From the NCBI GenBank assembly GCA_028534125.1, contig CM052817.1, positions 97,776,001-97,840,000 of the forward strand: a stretch of DNA of 64,000 nucleotides, in the 5' to 3' direction. This document shows positions 26,031 to 39,920 of this stretch, piece by piece. The notes beneath the pieces were generated by a model. That model was given only the letters and a program-made list of their open reading frames with translations, searched no databases and was not told the DNA's origin. A program made the position numbers and the translations under genes. Each line of letters starts with the position of its first letter. Within the stretch, counting starts at the first letter, position 1. The stretch is from Lama glama. Taxonomy: Eukaryota.

Positions 26031-27572
26031 AAAACTTATCAAGTTAAAGCCAAGTTTTTACTTTATCTGCATTAATTATGTCACTTATTGATTTTTTTTA
26101 AAATAAAAAATGAGAAAATATTTCATATCTATCCCTCCTCCCATCCATAATCCTGGAATCTGATGATAAAAATTAATGTAACAGCCCTGGAACCATAGAT
26201 TCAATTTGATACTAATTTATACTTTAATATACAAGATTAAAATAGTAACTAAATAATTTAATAACTGATGTTATCAATTTGTATCACATAAAACTTTTTT
26301 TAAAGAAAGATAAGGAGGAAATCTTTTCTTACACTGTATTTAAGGTTTAAAGGGATATTTGTTTGAAGGGAAAGAGCTCAGAAACCCATTGTATAGCAAA
26401 GAACTCTGGGTACAAGAAGTAAATTGAATATTGGTATAGGGTATGGAAAACCTAGTGACTGCCATATGATTACCAGGCTTCCAAATGTTTTTTTGTTGTT
26501 GTTTTAATAAGCGTAATCATGGATTGCCTAAGGACAAAGACACGAAATATTTTAACTGTGTATGTGTGTGTTAAGGGAAAGAAAGAGGAAGGAGAGAGGA
26601 GGAAGAAGAGAGGAGAAGGAAGGAGAGAGAAGTGGAGGTGGCGGAAACAGGGAGAGATATTGATAAGGGATTGTCCTTACCTCTCTGAGTTGACTCCACC
26701 TTGCTTGTGGGCCCTGTATTCTGCTATAAAGTTAGAGAAGGTTAAACTCTGAGAAAACCCAAAACATGGGAAATTATTTTTAAAAAATTATCAAAAAATA
26801 AGAGCCTGAGATTCCAGTTTCTAATCTAGCTATGAGATGCTTGGGAGTTGCCACTTAATCCTAATAACCAGTAAAAAGCTGAACAAACTGAAAAATCAAC
26901 TCTTCTTAAATCCATAAAAGAAGTGAGGTCACAGAGCAAACTGCTGCCCCCAAATTGGACAGACCGGCAGGCAAAGACAGAAAATCACACCTTGCTAGAA
27001 CAGAAACTCACCACATGAAACCTCCTTAAGAACCAGAGCCCGGAGTGGGCAAACCTGAACTGTAATTGATGAAGAGCTGGAGGCTTAGTGTTGGCAAGAC
27101 CGAGAGGTAAAAACTCCAAGGGGACCCAGTCCTGGGCTGGGGGAGCCCCACACTCTTGTGAGTTCTACCTCCTGGAGCCCTACCAGGTTCTCAGAGTAAC
27201 TATGGGAGAAAAATCCCCTTGTGATTCTGGCAGAGAGCATGGAAAAGGAAGCATTTTGAAATATGCTGGAGATTTCTGTTCTTAATAAGGTCTGTCATTA
27301 GGAGAAACTAGTTAATGAGAGCCTTACCAGCTGGGGTTTTATCAGCACCTAAACTGACCCGAGGGAAAGGAAATACTGACTCCAGTACCTTCTAGCCTTC
27401 CATGTGGGAGAAGGGAAATATCCAACCGTGCCCAACTCTAGCCATCTTTTCCCACCTAAGGAAAGCTGAAAGCGCATGTGAACTTCACAGTCCAGAAGAA
27501 CAGGCTCACTTAAAGCCTGGGACCTAATCATAGGAGGACAAAACCCTTCCCCTCTACATTACTGCCACTTTA

Positions 27573-27893
27573 TGGTCATCCCTAAGTATCTGAGACAGAT
27601 TGGTTCCAGGACCCTCCACAAACACCGAAATCCTCAGATGCCTCAAATCTCTTATATAAAATGGTGTAGTTTTTGTATTTAATATACACACATCTGTACA
27701 TACTCTTGTATACTTTAAATCATCTCTAGATTACTTATAATATTTAATGCAATATAAATGTTATATAAATAGTTGCCAGTGCATGACAAATTTAAGTTTT
27801 GCTTTTTAGAACTTTCTGGAATGAAAAAAACATGTCAATATGCAATTGATTGCATCTGTGGATTTGAAACCTGTAGCTACAGAGGGCTGACTG
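27573..27893 (+). mobile_element. MER2/MER2B (TcMar-Tigger) DNA transposon nested in the L1 5' UTR
   Basis: Termini 'ta|tggtcatccctaagtatc' and 'ctacagagggctgactg'; internal 'tactttaaatcatctctagattacttataata'. Confidence 0.85.
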
Positions 27894-30800
27894 TGCTAAA
27901 GACCTATTTATAACAGTTGCTTTTACCCAACACATCATGCCCAGATATCAAGAAAAAATTACAAGATACACTAAAAGGCAAAAAGACACAGTTGAAAGAG
28001 GAAGAGTAAACATCAGAACCAGACATAGATATGGCAGTGATGTTGGGATTACCAGACCACGAATTTCAAATGTTTATGGTAAATATGCTAAGGGCCCTAA
28101 TGGATAAATTAAGCAGAATTCAAGAACAGATGGGCAATGTAAGCAGAAAGATGGAAATTCTAAGAAAAAAACAAAAACAAAAATGCTAGAGATCAAAACC
28201 ACCATAACAAAAATGAAGAATGCCTTTGATGGGCTTATTAGCAGGCTGGACACAGCTGAGGAAAGACTCTCTAATCTTGAGACTATCTCAATAGAAACCT
28301 TTAAAAATGAAAAGCAAAGAGAATAAACACTGGGGGAAAAACTCAGAATGTCCAAAGACTGCGCGACATTTACAAAAGTTGTGACATATTTGTAAGAGGA
28401 ATACCAGAAGGAGAAGAAAGAAAGAAAGAGACAGAAGAAATATTTGAAAAAATAACGAGTGAGAATTTCCCCAAATTAATGTCAGACACTGACCCACAGA
28501 TTCAGGAAGCTCAGAGAATGACAAGTGGCATAAATGCAAAGAAAATTATACCTAGGCATATCATTTTCAAATGGTGGAAGAGCAAAGATAAAGAAAAAAA
28601 TCCTGAAAGAATCTAGAGAGAGTGGAAATCTTACTTACAGAGGAACAAAGGTAAGAGTTACATCTGACTTTTCTTCAGAAACCATGTAAGAAGAGAGTGG
28701 AGTGAAATATTTGGTATTGAGAGAAAAAAACCCCACCAACCTAGAATTCTAAACCCTCTGAAATTATCCTTCAAAAATATAGGAGAAATACTTTGTCAGA
28801 CCAACAAAAATAGAGGTAATTTACAGTCTGTGGACCTAACTTGTAAGAAATGTTAACAGAGTTTCTTTAGACAGAAGAAAAATGATATGGCTTATAAACT
28901 CAGATTTACAGAAAGAAAGGAAGATCATTGGAGAAGAAGTAAGTAAGAGTAAAATTAAAACTTTTACTTTTCTTATTCTTGATTGATCTACAGACAATAG
29001 GTTGTTCAGAATAAAAACAGCAACACTGTATTTGAGTATGTATACTTTTATGTATATATACACTTATGTATAAGTGAAATGAATAAATGGTAACAATGAT
29101 ACAAGAGACAGGAGGAATTGCTTTCTTATAAGGTACTTGCATTGCCTGTGAAGTGGTATAGTGTTATTTGATAGCAGACTTGGATTAGTTGTAAATGTTT
29201 ATTACAAACTCTAGGGCAACCACTAAAAAAAGAAGCATAATTAATATGCTAAAAAGGAGAGAAAATGGAATCATATAAAATGCTCAATCAAAACCACAAT
29301 GGGCAAATAAGAATGGAAGACAAAAACAGAAACAAAAGGACAAAGGCAACAAATATAAAACCAGTAACAAATATGGTAGATATTCTCCCAACTCTATCAA
29401 TAATTACTTTGAACATCAGTGGTCTCAATGCACCAATTAGAAGACAGTGATTATCAGAGAGGATCAAAAAGCCAGACCTGATTATATATTGTTTACAAGA
29501 AATCCACTTTAAATATAAAGACACATATATTAAAAGTAAATAGGTGGAGAAAGATACATTATGCTATCACTAATCCAAGGAAAGCAGGAGTAGCTATATT
29601 AATTTTAGACAAAGCTGACTTTAGAATGAAGAAAGTTATCGGGAATAAAGAGGGATATTACATAATGCTAACAGGGTCAATTCTCCAAGAGGACATAATA
29701 ATTGTTAATGTGAATGTTCCTAATAATAGAGCATCAAACCATAGGAGGCAAAAACTGATAGAGCTGCAAGTTGAAATAGATAAATTCACTATTACAGTTG
29801 GAGACTTCAATATCCCTCTATTAGAAATGGACCAATTCAGCAAGCAGAAAATCAATAAGCATATAGTTGAGCTGAGGACACTATCAATTAGCTAGCTATA
29901 ATTGACATTTATAGACTATTTCATCCAATAACATCAGAATACACATTTTTTTCCCTCAAACTTACATGAAATATTAACCAAGATAGACCACATTTGGGGC
30001 CATAAAACACATCTTAGCAAATTTAAGAGACTAGCAATTATAGAATCCATGCTGTCAGACCACAATGGAATTAAACTAGAAATTAATAACGGAAAAATAA
30101 CTGGAAAACCCAAACATATGGGGAGATTAAACAGCACACTTATAAATAGGACAAGAAGAAATCTCAAGATTAAATAAAATATTTTAAACTAAATGAAAAC
30201 ACAATATCAAAATTTGTGAGATACAGCAAAAGCAGTGCTTGAGGAGATTTATAGCAGTGAATGCATATATTAGAAAGGAAGAAAAATCTGAAATCAATAA
30301 TCAAAGTTTCCACCTTAAGGAACTAGAAAAAGAAGAACAAATTAAATCCAAAGTAAGCAGAAGAAAAAAAAATTGGAGCAGAAATCAGTATAGAAAAACA
30401 GCAAAACCAAAGGCTTTGAAAAGACTAACAAAATGGATAAGCCTCCTCAGTCAGCTTAAATAAGAAAAAAAAAAGAGGACACAAATTTGTAATGTCAGAA
30501 ATGAAAGAGGGACATCATTACAGATTCCATAGGCATTAAATGGATCATAAAGTAATAGTATGAACAACTCTATGACCACAAATTTTGCAACTTAGGTGAA
30601 ATGGGCCAATTCCTGCAAAGATACAATCTGCCAAAGCTCATGCAGGAGAGAGAGACAATCTGAATAAGCCTGTATGCATTAAAGAATCTAATCAATAATT
30701 TATAACCTTCCATAACAGAAAGCACCAGGCCCAGGTGGATTCACTGGTGAATTATATCAAGCATTTAAGGAAGAAATTGTGCTATTTGTCTACATTTTCT

Positions 30801-31512
30801 TTCAGAAGATAGAAGCTGAAGGAATACTTGTTAACTCATTCTATGAGGTCAGTATTACCCTAATACCAAAAACCAGACAAAGACACAAGAAAAGAAAACC
30901 ACAGACCAATGTCTTTCTTAAACATAGATGCAAAAATCCTCAACTAAATATTAGCAAATTTTTAACATTTGAAGGTCAATTAATGTAACTCATCACTTCA
31001 ACAGACTAAAAAAGAAAAATTTCATGATTATATCAAAAATGCAGAAAAAGCATGTGACAAAATCCAATACCCATTCATGATAAAACCTTCTTACTAAACT
31101 AGAAATAGAGGGGAACTTTCTTAACTTGATGAAGATATCTATGAAAAAAACAACAGCCAACATGATACATACTGGTGAGAAGCCTGAAGGTTTTCTACGA
31201 AGGTTAGGTAGAAGGCAAGGATGTCCTCTTTAACCACTGCTGGTCAATATCATACTGTGAGTCCTAGCTACAGTAACAAGAAAACAAAAGGAAATAAAAT
31301 GTATGCAAATTGAGAAGGAAGAAATGGTACTTTGTTCACAGATGACATGATCATCTATGTAGAAAATCTGAAAGAATCAACAAAAGAATTATGGAACTGA
31401 TGAGTGATTATAGCAAGATTGCAGGATACAAAGTTAATATATAAAAATCAATTGCTTTTCTATACAACAACAATGAACTAATGAAATTTGAAATTAAAAA
31501 CAATACTATTTA

Positions 31513-31626
31513 TTTATTTATTTATTTATTTATTACATTTTTTATTGAGTTATAGTCATTTTATAATGTTGTGTCAAATTCCAGTGTAGAGCACAATTTT
31601 TCAGTTATACATGAACATACATAACT
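31513..31626 (-). mobile_element. Very short young L1 3' end (camelid-type) with (TAAA)n tail, nested in L1MC ORF2
   Basis: Perfect TSD caatactattta at 31501-31512 and 31627-31638; reverse complement closely matches 34705-34780. Confidence 0.92.
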
Positions 31627-33679
31627 CAATACTATTTAAATTAGCATCCTCCCAAGAATGTAATACTTAGTTATAAATCTAACAAAATACGTACATGAAC
31701 CGTATGAAGAAAACTCTGAAGAAAAATATCAAAGAAGAACTAAATAAATGGAGAGCTAGCCCATGTTCATGGATATGAAGACTCAATATTGTCAAGATGT
31801 CAGTTTTCCCAATTTCATCTATAGGTTTGTTGCAATCACAGTCAAAATCCCAGCAAGTTATTTTGTGAATATCTGCAAATGGATTCTAAACTTTATATGG
31901 AAAGACAGAAGTCCCAGTATAGGCAACACAATATTGAAGGAGAAGAACAAAATTGGAGGACTGACACTATCAGACTTCAGACTTACTATAAAACTACAGT
32001 AATCAAGACAGTATGTTACTGGCAAAAGAATATATAAATAGAGCAATTGAATAGGACAGAGCCCAGAAATAGACCATTTAATACAGTTCTCTGGTCTTTG
32101 ACAAAGAAGCAAAGATAATACAAAGGAGCAGAGAGAATACAATGAGGCAGAGATAAAATTTTCAACAAATGGTGCTGGAACATCTGGATATTCACATGCA
32201 AATAAATGAATCTTAGCATTGACTGTATACCCTTCACAAATAATTAACTCAAAATGGTCTACAGATTTAAATGTAAAACACAAAACTATGAAACTACTAG
32301 AAGATAACCTAGGAGGAAAGCTAGATGACTTTGGGTGTGATGATGACATTTAGATCCAACACCAAAGGCATAATCTATGAAAGAAATCATTGATATGCTG
32401 AACTTCATTAAAATCAAAAACAGCTGCTCTGCAAAAGACAATGTCAAGAGAATAAGACAAGCCATATACTAGGAGCAAACATTTGCAAAAGGCATCTGAT
32501 AAAGGACTTATCCAAAATATACAAAGAATCCTTAAAACTCATAAATAAGAAAACAACACAATTTAAATAGGAGCCAAAGACCTTATCAGAAATATCACCA
32601 AAGAAGATAGGTAGATGGCCAAACAAGTACATAAAAAAATGCTCCACGTTGTATGTTTTCAGGGAAATGAAAATCAAAACAGTGAAATACCATTATACAT
32701 CTATTTAAAGAGCCAAAATCCAGAGCGCTGACATCAAGTGCTGGCAAGGATGTGGAGCAGCAGAAACTGTCATTCATGGCTGGTGGGAATGCAAAATGGT
32801 ATGTCCACTTTGGAAGATAGTTTGGCAATTTCTTACAAAACCAAACATACTCTTACCATGATATTCATCAGTCACACTACTTGATATTTACTCAAAGGAT
32901 TTGAAAACTTGTATCTTCACAAAAACCTGCACACAGGTGTTTATAGCAGTTTTATTTAAAACTGCCAAATCTTGGAAGCAACCAAGATGTCCTTCTGTAG
33001 GTGAATGTATTGATACACTGGTACATCAAGACAACAGAATATTATTCAGCACTGAAAAGAAATGAGCTATCAAGCCATGAAAAGACATGGAGAAACCTTA
33101 CATGTATATTACTAAGTGAAAGAAGCCAATCTGAAAAGGTATGTATACTGTAGGATTCTAAATGTATGACATTTTGGAAAAGGGGTAACTATGGAGACAA
33201 TAAAATGATCAGTAGTTGCTAGAGGTTGGGAGTGGAGGTGGAGGAATAAATAGGTAGAGCAGAGAGGATTTTTAGGGCAGTAAAACTAGTCTGAATGATA
33301 CTGTACTGGTGGATACATGTCATTACACATTTGTCAAAACCCATAGACTGCACAACATCAAGAGAGAACTGTAATGTAAACTATGGCCGTTAAGTAATAA
33401 TGATGTGTCATGTAGGTTCATCAGCTGTAACAGCTGTATCACTCCAATGGGGGATGTTGTTAATAAGAGGCTTTGCATACATGGGAGCCAAGGTATATGG
33501 GAAATCTCTGTACCTTCTGCTCAAATTAACTGTGAACTTAAACCTGCTCTAAAAAATAAGGCCTATTTTTAAAAGTATAAACCTTGAGGAAAATAGGAAA
33601 ATTATTTAGTCATTTATTTTTAATTGAGGGAAAGATAATGGGAAAGCATCATCAATTATACAGCCTGAAAGAATGAGAG

Positions 33680-33800
33680 CGATGGAAGGGAGCTTTCAGG
33701 TCTTCTAATTTAAACTTCCATCCTTTAAAAAGTGCTTCTGTAATATTTTTGATCATCACATTTCTGTTTAAGCATTTCTTGCAGTAGGGAGTTCATGCTT
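33680..33800 (+). mobile_element. L3/CR1 or MIR3-like ancient fragment
   Basis: 'gatggaagggagctttcaggtcttctaatttaaac...tgcagtagggagttca'. Confidence 0.4.
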
Positions 33801-34039
33801 TCATTTTTAGACAGAATGTTTCAGAATATGAACTTGTCCTAGAGACAAAAAAATAATGCTTACTCTAATCTCCAACATCAGCTAGTAGGATGAATTCTGG
33901 AAAGTTATTTTAACTCTCCAGGGCTCATAAATTCATCTGTATGATGAGGCAGTTAGTTCAGAGATCCACCAGTGTCCTACAATATCTTTAAAGAGCTATT
34001 TGAATTCCCATTCTGTGGATTTCCTTTGGGGTAAGGATG

Positions 34040-34280
34040 TGATGTAGCAGAGTTAGCATGGGTTTTGGAGTGAATGAACCTGGGTGTGAATATTGACCAA
34101 TATTTTCTGGGTGGATGACCTTGGACAGATCACCTGATCTCTCAGTCTAATTTCCCATATTCTTAAATTAGAGATAACAGTACCTACCTTGGAGAATTAT
34201 TCTGGGTGCTTATTGAAATAATGCTCTTAAAACACTTAACATCGTAGTAGGCATGTGATAGGTGTTCAACACATGTTAAT
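34040..34280 (+). mobile_element. MIR SINE
   Basis: 'ttttggagtgaatgaacctgggtgtgaat...tgaccttggacagatcacctgatctctcag...gataacagtacctacct...gcatgtgataggtgttcaac'. Confidence 0.85.
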
Positions 34281-34376
34281 TCTCTCTTCCCTTCTCCCTG
34301 TTTAAGATAGGAAATATGTGGATTAAAATGAAGCAGTAGTCAATATTTAGATATAGGACAATTTTTAAAAAACATA

Positions 34377-34790
34377 ACATGGATACACCTGGAGAATGTC
34401 ATTCTAAGTGAAGTAAGCCAGAAAGAGAAAGAAAAATGCCATATGAGATCACTCATATGTGGAATCTAAAAAAAACCAAAAAACAAAAAACAAAAACAAC
34501 AAAAACAAAGCATAAATACAAAACAGAAATAGACTCATAGACATAGAATACAAACTTGTGGTTGCCAAGGGGGCAGAGGGTGGGAAGGGACAGACAGGAT
34601 TTCAAAATTGTAGAATAGATAAACAAGATTATACTGTATAGCATAGGGAAATATACACAAGATCTTATGGTAGCTCAGAGAGAAAAAAATGTCTCAATGA
34701 ATATATATATGTTCATGTATGACTGAAAAATTGTGCTCTACACTGGAATTTGGCACAACATTGTAAAATGATTATAAATCAAACAATTTT
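34377..34790 (+). mobile_element. Young 5'-truncated L1 3' end (camelid-type)
   Basis: 'acatggatacacctggagaatgtcattctaagtgaagtaagccagaaagagaaagaaaaa...ttgtgctctacactggaatttggcacaacattgtaaaatg'; possible TSD aaaaaacata/aaaaaatata. Confidence 0.92.
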
Positions 34791-37700
34791 AAAAAATATA
34801 GATTTGATGATTGGTATTGACCAGGTAAAACTTGTTCACGATTGTCTGGATAATTGTTCTTGAATCCAAAAAGACTAGCTTATCTTGGTAATTTGTTCTT
34901 CATTTCTAATTTACCATTACTTCAATATAGAATGTTAAAAAATAACGTCATGCAAAAACATATTTAGCACTTACTAGTAATGTACTGTAATTGTAATGTA
35001 AAGTCTTTCCCATGGCGTATTCAAATTATCCTTCCCTGTGAACCTGTTTTTCAAAACAGTCCTGGAGGAAAGGGACCCCAATTCACCTTGTACCCCCAGC
35101 ACACAGCACGGTACTAGGCATGTATTGGGATCATTAAATAATCTAAGCTAGTAAACATTAAAGACGATTTCTACTTTCAAAAACTTTAGAAGGAATAACT
35201 AATTACTCCGTGCTGAACCCACTGACAGAATGTATAAATTTTTATTCCAGATCAGAAATTGGGGTCCAAAAAGATTATTAGACTTGCCAAAGATCAAAAA
35301 CCACATTGTTAACAAAATGTAGCCTGGTGATTTAGCAACCAACTGGACTACTCAGCTTTTCCTGTCCCTTCAAGGTCCTTGTAATTCAGCATAGAGCACT
35401 CTAAAAGCAACACAAGGAAAAAAAAGGATATCAAATGTAGGCCATATAGGAAAACAATACAGCTCTAGGTATACTATTAAGAAGAAGACAAAACAAGCCA
35501 AAACCAAAGATGCTCAGACAAAGCAAGGAAGGGTGGGGGGATAGAAGAAAGAAAATAACTTGAGATTAATGAACCAACTAAACTATTAAAAAATAGAATG
35601 AATTGAGTAAAAGAATAAAGAACCAACATTCAAGAACACATGACAAAAAATGAATTTCGGGAAAAAGTGAGAGAGAGAAAAGGACTCACATTGCTTTCTG
35701 AGAAACGAAAAAAAAAATATGATGGAGTACGTCAAGACGAGATTCATATCCCATGTAACTTACTGGAAATTCTCCACCAGAGTTATGCAGCCCTATACTG
35801 AGCATGGCATTCACCCAGAGATTCCAGACCTCTGAGATATGCTTTTGTACCCATGTCACATTTGTACATTGCTTGTCAAAATTCTTCCATAGGCTAGTGA
35901 TGAATGAGAATCAGAGCTAAATATAAATAGCCATGGAATACTGCTCATTACATTAAAAGGCATTTCAGCTCAACATTCAAACCCAAAGGAAACTATGTTG
36001 GCAATTTTTTTTAATTAAAAAAAAAAAGAACATCTGTAAAATTAGGAAATTTGGCTGCCTTGAAGAAAAATGGTAAAAATTAACTGTAAATTTCCGTGGG
36101 ACCAGGCTGAGTACTGTGTTCTTTGCGGACACATTGCAAAATTAATTCCTTCATACGCAGTCTTTAAATCCTCATTGAGAAAAAGATAAATTCCTAATCA
36201 TTGAAAAAGAGGAAATAAATGTGGGAAGTAGTAAGTTTGGGGGTAATTACCGCTTTTTCATATTAAAAGATTTCAAGATCATCCAGATGTTTGCACAGTT
36301 CCCCAGAGAAAACTGAAGGCCACTTCCTGCCAGAATGGAATGAATTATACATTGTATATGTAACATTTATTCTGTCATTAAAAAAAATCCCATAAGTTTA
36401 TTCACTAACAATGAAATGTTGTTCATTCTTGGAAGATGGGAAAAGCCACCTGGGGCATTTTGTAGTTAATTTATTTCACACAGAAGACTCCATTCATGGC
36501 TTACCTTACTTCTCTGTAATGCCCTTTTGTACCCTTTAGGGCACCTTTACCTTGATAGGACTTCAGATCACCTAATTTAACCAGTCTACATGGACTAGGG
36601 AAAGCATTGGATTCAGGTGCAAACTGGATCCCAACAGCAGAACACTCGGGTAAAATCAGAAGGAAAATGTAGTGACATACAAAAAGGGAAACTCAAATTT
36701 CATCCCAAGAGACCGTATTCTTTAAAGAATTTTTCAAAAATGGACTTTATTTTGCAAGCTCATCTTCATACTGGTTTTAAAACACTGCTTCCAACAATGT
36801 GTATAGAACAGATTTAATGGCCAACACATTACCCTTTTTTCCCTCCTCCCCTCAGTAGACTCTAATGAGGTGATAGGAGAGAAGATTGTCCCACATTTTG
36901 AGGCAGGGTCAGTTATTCAAAAGCCCTCTGTGAGTGAGAATTAGAATTTGGAAAAAAAGATGAAACTGCAGAAGCACAAACTACATATTTCAATAGAGAG
37001 GGCAAGACTCTCCCAGGCTGATCACAATTGTGGTATGTTTGTAACATTTACACCAAACATATTTTATAGCTTAATTGTTATCGTTTTGAAAAATGTAGTC
37101 TCATAATTTGTTTAGTCTGATGTATAGAATAATGTAATGAAATTTAAAAGATAATATTAAAACAAAGATAGTATTAAGATCAATGTAAATATGGAATCAG
37201 TCTCAGGAAGTAAAGGGGCTTGCCTAACCTCAGCTTGCACCTGGTCTGGGACCTGGCATACAGGTGTGTTTCCTCTCTTGACTGTTTGAAGGTTCCATAC
37301 ACAGTGGCATTTTCTGAAATTCTCTACTTGGTGCCTTGCACGTAGTAATGTATGACAAATCTTTGTTGAAAGAGTGATGCAACTGGAGAGGCCTGGCTGA
37401 TGCAAGGAGAGTGGCCTTCTGTGAGGGGAGAACAGGTGGGTAAGGGTGGGTGGGGGGTGGTGGAGGTGGGGGGTGAAGACAAACAGTTATGAACCATGTA
37501 ACAACCACATTTGTTAGGGTCTTACTATAAGTCAGGGTTGGGTCTTCTTTTGCTGCCTGAATAGCTATGCTATTTAGTGCATTTAATTGTGCTTATTAGA
37601 AATAAGTACATTGTCTTCATTTTTAAAGGTGAGGAAGGAAGATAAGTAGGTGGCTCTGAGACTCTAGGACAGGTCTCTCAAACGTGAAGACCTAGGCTCT

Positions 37701-39689
37701 TTTTCCTGAGACCTAGGGTTTCCGTCAAGGAGGGAAATTTGCTTAAGCCCATTGATAGAAAGTAAGTGGGAGAACAGAGTGAGAAAATTACTAGAAATGC
37801 CAATATGCGCAGCATATCCACTCTCCATTGAGTGTAATTTCTGTCCCCCTCCTCCAATTATTAGCATATTTCCCTTCTGCCTTCTGCTTTGAAATTCGAT
37901 TGGGTTGCAGAAAGTGTAAGAAAGGTAAGACTAGAAGTGCACCCAATTCACAAGTGGGGGAAAAGGAAGAAAGCTGAAAACGGCTGAAGCCTCTTCCTGC
38001 ATTAATAACAAAGTGGGAAGGGATTAAAGGAAAGATTTCTGGGCTTTTAGCTGCCATCGGTTCACTTGAAGTTGTAAATGCTTAACCTCAATTTCTGTCA
38101 CATTTAAAACAAATGGAAATAATATCCTCCACATTCATAAATAATATAAATAAGATGTGACATTAGAAAAATTATATTAATGATATTTCAAGGAATAATA
38201 TGTCATGGTTACACAAAATAAGCTTAGGACTTTCAGCTATATAAACATTCGTATGTGAAGTTGAAAAAAAATGGAGTAAATGATGTGGAGAGCCAACTGA
38301 AGTCATAAAAGTGCGAAATGTTTTAATCTATATTTGTACTATCCTATGAATTCTGGGGAGAGGGTTGCTCCAGGAAAACAGAAGATGCAAAACCAAAACA
38401 TTCAGGGGGTTGCCTGATCTTGACCCACTTCACAAATTAGTAGTTTCTGAATAGTACATTGAAGTTACACATTTTTTAGATGGCATACAACTGTAGAATG
38501 GATCCACCAGCATTTGACCCTACAAACCTTAATTTCCCGTGGAGTTTGCTTTCAGTTCCTTCCAGTCCCTCCCATTTCTGCCTCTGGATGCTTACTTGCC
38601 CCTCCTCTGATTCAGAGGGGTCTGGTCTCATTGTGCAGCACAGGTAGATAGGAACCAAATTCAAGGAATCTGACAAGAGGAAAGTATGAGGCCACATCAT
38701 GGCCTCTTACAATATAGCAATATTATTGAAGTGCGGATACTTTGACATCTTTAAGGAATCAAGCAATATGTGGTGTCATACAGTTTTTGTTACTTCTTCT
38801 GAATCCCAAAATATGAAACCACTGATGCAAATTTGATTTATATGCTAACTTTAAAACAGACGTATAGAAATTGATTGATTGAAAAATAATTTTCTAAGAA
38901 ACAATCTAATCATTGGAAGATGGAATAATATTTCGTTCATTATTTCAGTGCTTTTCACAGAAATACATGGTAGATTTGGTACTTAATGTTTGCTGTGTAG
39001 ATTACTAGGCTGAATAACATTTTTAACCACATATCACTTTGGGGTAGCTATATAAGACTACATAATCATATATTATATCAATGAATTTTAGTTATTCATT
39101 TATTCTATGGCTTCCCCCAAATTAAAAGATATATATGAATGATTAAAGATAAATAAAATGTTATATTTTTTTAATTTAATTTTAAGTTATTGAGAAAGAA
39201 AGTTCACTGTAGGACCTAAATGAATGTTATCACTTAGGTTCCTATTTGATATGTAAAACTACGTATTCACTGTCTATGATGCCATATAATGTTACTCGTG
39301 GGATGTTACTCATGTCGCTCACTGGATGTTGGTTTCATGTGATCAATGCTTTGCAGGATGGAACTCATACGTAGTTTCCTTGGTAGCCATTCTAATGGAT
39401 TTAATCATGATAACTCATTTTGGCACTGTGCTGCCATAATAATGAATTCCATGGGAATCCTAGTGTAATGAAGTAACGATTAAAGTCCACTAAGCAGGAA
39501 AACATTCTGGCAATGTCAGAAAACAGAGGTTAGCTGTCCATCACGGGCTTAAAAAAAAAGTGTCATGTGAAAATGCAGAGAAGGCACGTGTGTAGAAGGA
39601 CTTGGAAGGATGAAAGGAATGGGTTTATCTTAAATTTCTTTTCAGAGTTTTGGGTACTTGATTTCCACATAGAAAATACTAGTGATAAC

Positions 39690-39920
39690 AGCTGCCATTT
39701 ATTGACGACTTATGTGTCGAAGTGTCGTACATAATTATCTTATTGGATTTGGTGGCACAACCATGAAACAAAGGTATTGTAAAGTTTATTTTACAAAGAC
39801 AGGGACATGATGCTCAAAGATGTTAAAGTTTGCCCATGACCCTACTCTTAGTGAGAGGCAGAGCTGACTCTCACAAACCAGGCTTTCTGAACCCAAAGTC
39901 TGCTGTCCCAAGCAGCCACA
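39690..39920 (-). mobile_element. MIR SINE
   Basis: 'gctgccatttattgacgacttatgtgtc...gctcaaagatgttaaagtttgcccatgac...gtgagaggcagagctg'. Confidence 0.7.

Larger units (their letters stand above)
26811..33570 (+). mobile_element. Near full-length, inactive L1MC1/L1MC2-like LINE-1 (5' UTR, ORF1, inter-ORF region, ORF2, 3' UTR)
   Basis: L1MC-type 5' end at about 26.8 kb; ORF1 debris at about 28.0-28.85 kb; endonuclease start IITLNISGLNAPIRRQ at about 29400; ITVGDFNIPL; RT motif LFTDDMIIYVEN at about 31332; GGLTLSDFR; 3' end 'aatgagctatcaagccatgaaaagacatgg...gtatatgggaaatctctgtaccttctgctcaa...ctgctctaaaaaataa'. Many stops and frameshifts. Confidence 0.95.

Noticed and set aside
29265..32349. ORFs with endonuclease and RT motifs
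   Set aside because: Fragments of a dead L1MC ORF2 with frameshifts, stops, a deletion near 30960 and a nested insertion.
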